The position numbers were made by a program, and so were the translations under genes. 64,000 nt of DNA, from positions 295,045 to 359,044 of the IMG/VR virus record IMGVR_UViG_3300035698_035310; one strand, given 5' to 3'. Shown piece after piece: positions 58,129 through 64,000 of this stretch; the stretch's first letter is position 1; each line of letters starts with the position of its first letter. The notes beneath the pieces are model-generated. The model was not told where the DNA came from, made no database searches, and was given only the letters and a program-made list of their open reading frames with translations.

Positions 58129-58902
58129 ATGATTTATAATCGTTTTTTCGCGTCTGTGATCACCATGTTTATGCTTTCTGGGTGCGTCACAAATTCTGGC
58201 GGATTTGGTTCATTCTCAAAAGGGGATTTGAATAAAAAATCATATGGTCATACCGAAGTTCCTGATCCAACAGGGTTTGCTCCAACAAAAATGGTTCATC
58301 GTTTCGAAGTGCGGGATGGTGATTGCGGTGTAAGCAGTAAAGGAAGCAGTGATTGTAATCGTGGGAGTGAACGGGCTGAAATGAAGGAAAACAGTCCATC
58401 CCATTATGGCGAATCTTGGTATGGATGGTCTATTTATTTCCCGAAGGATTATGTAAGTTTGATACATTCTGGTGTCACGGTGGCGCAATTCAAACCATAC
58501 AGCAGAAAGCCATTGCTAACATTTGGTGATCATTTTGAGACGCTTGTAGTAAACAGATATGAAGGCGTTCCTAATGCGGTAAGACAACAAAAATCACTTG
58601 AGCGCTACGAACTTATTGCCACTGAAGATTTAAGGGGAAAATGGCACAAAATCGAAATGAATATTAAATGGTCATCCGATGATGATGGTTTTTATAAAAT
58701 TTGGGTCAATGGGAAACTCAAAGTCGACTACAAAGGTGTCACAAAAGCAGGAAGACCATATCTTAAATATGGAATTTATCGAAACAATTTGCATAAATAT
58801 AAATTTCATGCCGGTGTAAAAATTATACCAACGCAAATTTTGATGTATTCAAATGTCAAAAAAAGTGACACACGGGAAGGTCTGTTGCCTACGGTAGAAT
58901 AA
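58129..58902 (+). CDS. Lipoprotein with polysaccharide lyase (heparin lyase I-like) jelly-roll domain
   Basis: Lipobox LSGC; RFEVR.GDC, ERAE, WYGWSIYFP, G.W.....KWS...G...W.NG and YLKYGIYR; own TTGACA promoter at 58057. Confidence 0.75.
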   Translation: MIYNRFFASVITMFMLSGCVTNSGGFGSFSKGDLNKKSYGHTEVPDPTGFAPTKMVHRFEVRDGDCGVSSKGSSDCNRGSERAEMKENSPSHYGESWYGWSIYFPKDYVSLIHSGVTVAQFKPYSRKPLLTFGDHFETLVVNRYEGVPNAVRQQKSLERYELIATEDLRGKWHKIEMNIKWSSDDDGFYKIWVNGKLKVDYKGVTKAGRPYLKYGIYRNNLHKYKFHAGVKIIPTQILMYSNVKKSDTREGLLPTVE

Positions 58903-58908
58903 TCTTTT

Positions 58909-59877
58909 TTAGTTTGTATAATCCATTAATTTTTTCTGACCATTTGGCAATTTATGATATAATGGCTGTATCTCTAATTGAAAATGTGGAAAATTATCAT
59001 TAATAGATTTTGATATTATAGCAATTTCATCCGTTTTTTCTGGAAGATGCGCAACTTTAATTACAATATATTTAGCATCAGGCGATCTATGCTTGGACAT
59101 ATATTCTAATTTTTTATACAATGCATCCCATTTGGTAAATTCAAAATGCACACTTAATCGGAGTCCACATATCTCACTCAATTCAGTCAAATATTCTTTG
59201 TTTTTTGTACCATTGGTATTAACATGCATCATTAAATGTTGCTCCTCACCAATGAATTTATCATGCATTGTTTTAACATATTTTAAAAAATCAGGATTTA
59301 TTGTCGGCTCTCCTCCAGTATAAACAATATCTATATTCATATTTTCTGGTATTTGTGAAAAAAGATTATTTGTGCCATCTATTAATTGATCATATTTAAA
59401 ATGTGGGCTAAAGTTATCGTGAACGGTATCTGGGCAATACGAACAATCAAAATTACATCTTTTTCCAATATTCCAATTGATTCGAAAATTATTATCATCA
59501 CTCAATTCATCAACTGACGAGACCGCCACAACATCGTTTATATTAAAATTATCAGTGATATCAGTATTCAATAATGGCATATATTTAACATCTTTGACTT
59601 TTTCTAAAACAATATCGTCGGTGCAATGACAAACATCAAAATCACATGTTATCCATTCAGTTCTTAATTTAAAATTTGTATATATATTTCCAATTGATCC
59701 GCCTTGTTTGCATACCGATCCAAACACTGAACCCTTAGAATTGATGCTAATAGTTCTTCTGCCAGCACTACACGACCAACCTTTCCATTTATTATAACCG
59801 TTATTTTTAATATCATCCAATGATAAAAATTCTGATTTTCCATTACTGTCTATGAATTTTACTCGTTTATGTGCCAT
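58909..59877 (-). CDS. Radical SAM protein with N-terminal SPASM/Twitch-like domain
   Basis: CSAG...I...G.V...C...GNI...C....C.C..D precedes RCNFDCSYC, TGGEPT and TNG. Confidence 0.8.
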   Translation of the reverse strand: MAHKRVKFIDSNGKSEFLSLDDIKNNGYNKWKGWSCSAGRRTISINSKGSVFGSVCKQGGSIGNIYTNFKLRTEWITCDFDVCHCTDDIVLEKVKDVKYMPLLNTDITDNFNINDVVAVSSVDELSDDNNFRINWNIGKRCNFDCSYCPDTVHDNFSPHFKYDQLIDGTNNLFSQIPENMNIDIVYTGGEPTINPDFLKYVKTMHDKFIGEEQHLMMHVNTNGTKNKEYLTELSEICGLRLSVHFEFTKWDALYKKLEYMSKHRSPDAKYIVIKVAHLPEKTDEIAIISKSINDNFPHFQLEIQPLYHKLPNGQKKLMDYTN

Positions 59878-60731
59878 TATATAATTCCTATTAATTTTTT
59901 ATTTTCAGATATAGCGGTTATTATATCGATCATATTTGAGGTATCAAACATTATTGCAACATATACCTGTCCCAATCTACATTTTGGATCGGTTGTGTCA
60001 TATCCCAAATTACTATACCATTCATGTATTAATTGTACCCTGTTCGCGTGCCATTCGTTATTATAAGGTCCAAAATCCGCAACAAATGATGCTGAATATG
60101 TTTCTAACGGTCTTGGTGTTGTTACAACATCTTGTCTTCTATAACACTCTATATAATCTTTGCCGACTTGTGAATAATTTAATTTGATCCCGCCAGCTAT
60201 ATAAAGCGGCGTAAACATATCATTATAATCATCTATTATATTTTTCTTTTCAAATTGAAATGGTTCATCACCATGCTTTAAAAATCTAACTCTTATTCTA
60301 CTATCTGATTGTTTTCGTGTTTGTGTTATAATGGCATTTTCTAATTCATGTATGAAAATATTTAAATCGTTCATTGCTTGAACTAAATCATGATCTATTC
60401 GATAATTCTTATCTACTACTATATTTTCATATATAAAATGCAAATTGTTTAAACAATTCTGTGTAAATATATCATCTATATATTCAAACAATACATTATC
60501 AAATGTTTTAGGTTTTTTACTTTTTATTATATCTATCGCTACAAGTAAATTTTGTTGAATATTTATAATTTTGGCAGGATTATAAAATCCAGAATAAGTA
60601 TCTTCGATGAAATAATCATTATTGTATATTCGATTTTCAAGTAAATTAAACCAACTATAAGCAAGTTCATTATCATATAGTAAATATTTTACCTCTGTTC
60701 CATTTTCAAAAATTAAACTAAATTTTTTCAT
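59877..60731 (-). CDS. Hypothetical protein
   Basis: LNNLH..YE...LN..IH.LE and LNYSQVGK; in operon with radical SAM genes. Confidence 0.7.
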   Translation of the reverse strand: MKKFSLIFENGTEVKYLLYDNELAYSWFNLLENRIYNNDYFIEDTYSGFYNPAKIINIQQNLLVAIDIIKSKKPKTFDNVLFEYIDDIFTQNCLNNLHFIYENIVVDKNYRIDHDLVQAMNDLNIFIHELENAIITQTRKQSDSRIRVRFLKHGDEPFQFEKKNIIDDYNDMFTPLYIAGGIKLNYSQVGKDYIECYRRQDVVTTPRPLETYSASFVADFGPYNNEWHANRVQLIHEWYSNLGYDTTDPKCRLGQVYVAIMFDTSNMIDIITAISENKKLIGII

Positions 60732-61810
60732 ATCTTAACACCGCATTGAAATGTGCATTTTTTAATAGTGTTGTGTGGAGTTTTCCACGATTCTTCCAAT
60801 AATTCACATAATTTTATATAATGAGAATACACGTGGTCAAAATCATATTTGGTTGAATCTAAATTGTCTATTCCTATCACGTTATAAATTTCAGTAAAAT
60901 CAACAGGTAATGGTTTATTATCATAAATAAATTCCGAAAGTGTAGCCCCATGCCAACAGCATGGTACTATATGACCCGTTGAATTATAAAACATTTTATC
61001 TATTTTCGTTTTTGATATATTATCATATGATTTACAAATTATATCAATATTGTTTTCTTTTTCATAAGTTTCAAGTTGTTTTAAAATAGTATCGGTACTT
61101 GTCGAGGTTTTATCATCGTGCACATTTATCAAAAATGTTTCTCTTATCGTTCCTTTATTATCATACTTATATTTATAATCACCGTCGGCTATTTCTAACG
61201 TGTATTCTTCATTTTTCCATTCATACGTAAGTGTGGGTGATCGACTAAATCTATCACTATTAAATGATTTAAAATCAAAAAATCCTAATTTTTCAGCCAT
61301 CAATTTTGCTTCTTCGAGTTGATGTTGATTGTGTTTAAATATTATAAATTGCCATCTTGCTTTACCGCCAGAACTTATAAATGCTTCTGCATTTTTTACT
61401 ATTTTATCAAAATTGCAATTTCTTCTATACATTTCTAATGTTTCTTGTGTAGAACCATCTAATCCAAATGTACAAACACAACCCAATGAACCCAATCTCT
61501 CCCACCACGATGTAGATCGTAAACTACCATTTGTTGCTATTCTTATTTTAAGTTTGTCATTTAAAGAACGCATGTATTCTACAATTTCTAAAAAATCACT
61601 TGATGCAACAGGATCGCTAACATTTCCACAAAACAAAACACTTTTCAAATTTTTTAAAAATTCTACAGGATAAAACTCTTTAAATGCTGAAATAGACTGG
61701 TCGGTTGACGACCATTTTGATGTATCGGTTCTTGCTCTAAAACACTGAGGGCAATATGCATTACATTTATTAGATAATTCAAAATGAATTTCTTTTACTG
61801 AATATTCCAT
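60728..61810 (-). CDS. Radical SAM protein with C-terminal SPASM/Twitch-like domain
   Basis: CNAYCPQC.R, FCGN..DP, TNGS, F.LDG, F.HNQHQ and PCCW. Confidence 0.85.
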   Translation of the reverse strand: MEYSVKEIHFELSNKCNAYCPQCFRARTDTSKWSSTDQSISAFKEFYPVEFLKNLKSVLFCGNVSDPVASSDFLEIVEYMRSLNDKLKIRIATNGSLRSTSWWERLGSLGCVCTFGLDGSTQETLEMYRRNCNFDKIVKNAEAFISSGGKARWQFIIFKHNQHQLEEAKLMAEKLGFFDFKSFNSDRFSRSPTLTYEWKNEEYTLEIADGDYKYKYDNKGTIRETFLINVHDDKTSTSTDTILKQLETYEKENNIDIICKSYDNISKTKIDKMFYNSTGHIVPCCWHGATLSEFIYDNKPLPVDFTEIYNVIGIDNLDSTKYDFDHVYSHYIKLCELLEESWKTPHNTIKKCTFQCGVKI

Positions 61811-62500
61811 TTATTTTCTTCCTATTAACATAAATCTATCATATTTTTCAAGATTTAAATGCCCTTCATATAATATATCATCCATTGGCGACTGCTGCTT
61901 AAATGAATACAAGCTATCGACACAATTAATATGCCCTTTACCATCGTAAAAATTATTCGATTGTAATATCAACAACGCGCCATCGGGTATTTTTTCAAAC
62001 CATTTATCATAATTGTCAATATGCTCACAACTGGTGTTTATAACACAATCTGGAATATCATATAAATTACAATCACTACCGTCAGCGCGAATTGTGCTGT
62101 AATCCATGCCATTATAATCTATGTCATGCATATCCATAGTGGAAGCCTTAAACGTCCATTCATCCATTACCCATTTTCTATTAATGGTGTCTGCTATGTT
62201 AGCACACTGCGTATCTATATCAAAAGAGCGTATTTTATTTATTTTCAATTTATTGGATTCAAACATCATGGCGGCTAATGATCCATACCAACCACCCACT
62301 ATATATACAACACCAAGGTCTAAATCTAAACTAATCAATTCATCAATTAGCCACAATTTGCTTTTTATTTGTCCTTGCGTAAATACATCATTAAAGTCTA
62401 TATCTGGAAAGTTAATTAATGCTCGGCGCAAATGTGCTATAAGATCACTTTCGTATATTGTTTGTAATCCATTTAATATTATATCGATATCATTATACAT
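61811..62500 (-). CDS. Class I SAM-dependent methyltransferase-like protein
   Basis: QIKSK.WL, GGWYG, SFDID, INTSCEH and LQSNN. Confidence 0.7.
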   Translation of the reverse strand: MYNDIDIILNGLQTIYESDLIAHLRRALINFPDIDFNDVFTQGQIKSKLWLIDELISLDLDLGVVYIVGGWYGSLAAMMFESNKLKINKIRSFDIDTQCANIADTINRKWVMDEWTFKASTMDMHDIDYNGMDYSTIRADGSDCNLYDIPDCVINTSCEHIDNYDKWFEKIPDGALLILQSNNFYDGKGHINCVDSLYSFKQQSPMDDILYEGHLNLEKYDRFMLIGRK

Positions 62501-63398
62501 CTTTCCACAGTCCTAAATCTTTAAGATATTGTTCATCTGCCAAGTGTGGCAGCATTAAACCCAATCTAGATGGATTATTCTGTATCTGTCTTGCAAACAG
62601 GCTTCCATTGTTATCTAATGTGATAACTGGCATATCCAGTTTATCCCTAAGATATGAACCATATATAGAAAACTCCGCGATGGTAAACTTATGCCACGTC
62701 GATTTCCACATTTTATCAAACCATTCATAATCAGAAATATGCGTGATATCTAAATCATTAACACATGTTTCATAACAACCGACTCTTGCGCCCATCATTG
62801 TCCAGAATCCATTGTCTATATCAATGCCTATATTCATCCACGACAGCAACCGATTGTAATTTCCTATCCACACATCAGTTCTAGGGTTTTCAACCACCAC
62901 ACCATCGTTTAAGCCCATCCTAACACCCTCTCTGAACCCCGTTCTGAATGCTTGTAGCGGCGTGGTGTTAATATGCGTGGTTGAACTAACTGCATTCATT
63001 TGAAAATAAGGAACAGTCCAACAAAAATCAGTTCCGTTGTTTTTTTCATGACTTTTAATATTTAACATTGTATGCTTGGGCCACAATTTTGCACCACCAT
63101 TACCATACTGCAATCCGTTAACTGAATTTATAGCAGACCAACTATGAACATAATTTGGATTTATATCATCCAACTCTTGACCAAAAAATTCATCATCTAC
63201 TTTGGTGTCACCGTCTATTACGAAAAAATGTTCCGAGTATGCAATTTTCGCTGCTTCTTTGTGTGCTTTATCGATACCTTTTACACCATGCACACGTTTT
63301 GCGTGTTTTACTAATGTTAATAAGTGCTCATAATTTTCATCAGCATTTGGTTCATCATATGATATGAATATCACATCAAATTCATAAGCGTTTGTCAT
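62493..63398 (-). CDS. GT-A fold glycosyltransferase-like protein
   Basis: FISYDEPNADENY, VHGVKG...AH, IDGD (DxD), NGL.YGNGG.K and AFR.GFRE. Confidence 0.7.
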   Translation of the reverse strand: MTNAYEFDVIFISYDEPNADENYEHLLTLVKHAKRVHGVKGIDKAHKEAAKIAYSEHFFVIDGDTKVDDEFFGQELDDINPNYVHSWSAINSVNGLQYGNGGAKLWPKHTMLNIKSHEKNNGTDFCWTVPYFQMNAVSSTTHINTTPLQAFRTGFREGVRMGLNDGVVVENPRTDVWIGNYNRLLSWMNIGIDIDNGFWTMMGARVGCYETCVNDLDITHISDYEWFDKMWKSTWHKFTIAEFSIYGSYLRDKLDMPVITLDNNGSLFARQIQNNPSRLGLMLPHLADEQYLKDLGLWKDV

Positions 63399-64000
63399 AT
63401 TTTATACATTACCTTTTTTATAAATTCACTTTGTTCTGCGGTAAACAGTGCCGTTTCGATATCAAACATATCAAGCATTTCTTCACCACATGATTGTATA
63501 TTGCTCATAATATCATTGTGGTTAAGTTGTAAATCATAATATTCGCGACACACGCTAAAATCATTTATTATATTTAATTCTTCAACTTCTCGTTCAATCA
63601 ACTTATTTGAGTTACACGAACCGTGCATTACGCCCATTCTAGCACCCGCTATAGCATAATCACCAAAATCAACATCCATGCCAACACTTGTCCATATTTT
63701 AAGACGCGCTAATGTTTCTTCATTTTTTTGATTATCAATGACTGCACTAGATAATTTGGTACATTCTCTAAATCCACTTTTCCATGCATTAAACGGAGTT
63801 GTATTGAAATGGGTAGTGCTGGCTATTTCTTTATGTGATTTAAACCCACTAGATGCAGCCGCAGCACTCGTGCAAAAATCAACAGAATATTCTTTTATGT
63901 GCTCTACGTGATCAGTTGGAAATAATTTAACACCACCATATCCGTATTGCAATCCATTTACTGGATTATTGCAGCCCCATACATGAACGCGTCTATCATT
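63395..64000 (-). CDS. Paralogous glycosyltransferase-like protein (C-terminal part; starts beyond the window)
   Basis: NPVNGLQYGYGGVKL, FNTTPFNAWKSGFRE and GAR.G shared with 62493-63398. Confidence 0.7.
   Translation of the reverse strand, partial: NDRRVHVWGCNNPVNGLQYGYGGVKLFPTDHVEHIKEYSVDFCTSAAAASSGFKSHKEIASTTHFNTTPFNAWKSGFRECTKLSSAVIDNQKNEETLARLKIWTSVGMDVDFGDYAIAGARMGVMHGSCNSNKLIEREVEELNIINDFSVCREYYDLQLNHNDIMSNIQSCGEEMLDMFDIETALFTAEQSEFIKKVMYKI

Noticed and set aside
569-63367. Numerous short antisense or alternate-frame ORFs in the ORF track
   Set aside because: They overlap well-supported genes, lack RBSs and motifs, and look like shadow ORFs.
1-64000. Genome-wide TAG reassignment (genetic code 15)
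   Set aside because: Nearly all genes are intact in code 11 with no internal TAG, and thyA ends in TAG exactly at its conserved C-terminus (APMAV). Only three clustered genes are interrupted.
1-64000. Bacterial chromosome origin (suggested by lysS, prs, clpP, nadE, tctA)
   Set aside because: These genes are interspersed with T4-like polB, RNase H, RNA ligases, homing endonucleases, late promoters and many phage-type small ORFs.
1-64000. tRNA genes, including an amber suppressor
   Set aside because: No cloverleaf with a GTTCRA T-loop was seen in the intergenic gaps by eye. A suppressor, if it exists, would lie outside this window; tRNAscan-SE is needed.

Overview
AT-rich, gene-dense segment of a large T4-superfamily-like (jumbo) phage genome. 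The host is probably an alphaproteobacterium, inferred from the class I LysRS, host-like ClpP and Prs, and the PncB-like enzyme. From left to right the window holds: replication genes (end of a family B DNA polymerase, probable sliding clamp, T4-type RNase H); an accessory block; MoxR ATPase and vWA genes; a compact NAD+ salvage operon (pncB-like, NUDIX, nadE, nadM-like, pncA, with prs further on); translation and RNA-repair genes (Pth2, truncated GlyRS, LysRS-I, Rnl1, Rnl2, Pnkp); a TctC/TctA transporter pair; dfr and thyA; and a ~13 kb cluster of tailoring enzymes (desaturase, radical SAMs, 2OG-Fe oxygenases, sulfotransferase, QueC-like, methyl- and glycosyltransferases). Three observations stand out. 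(1) Three neighbouring genes at 8.7-11.5 kb (Pth2, an HD-domain protein and a conserved hypothetical) each have a good RBS and start codon but carry one in-frame TAG. TAG is a normal, often backed-up, stop elsewhere, so this is a candidate amber-readthrough-gated module. (2) The genes present could rebuild NAD+ from ADP-ribose and nicotinamide by a complete deamidated route, unlike NARP1/NARP2. (3) Three antisense homing-endonuclease genes have structured leaders, and two of these share a three-way-junction fold without sequence identity. No tRNA, rRNA or CRISPR array was recognised. All annotations come from motif recognition by eye; no searches were run.
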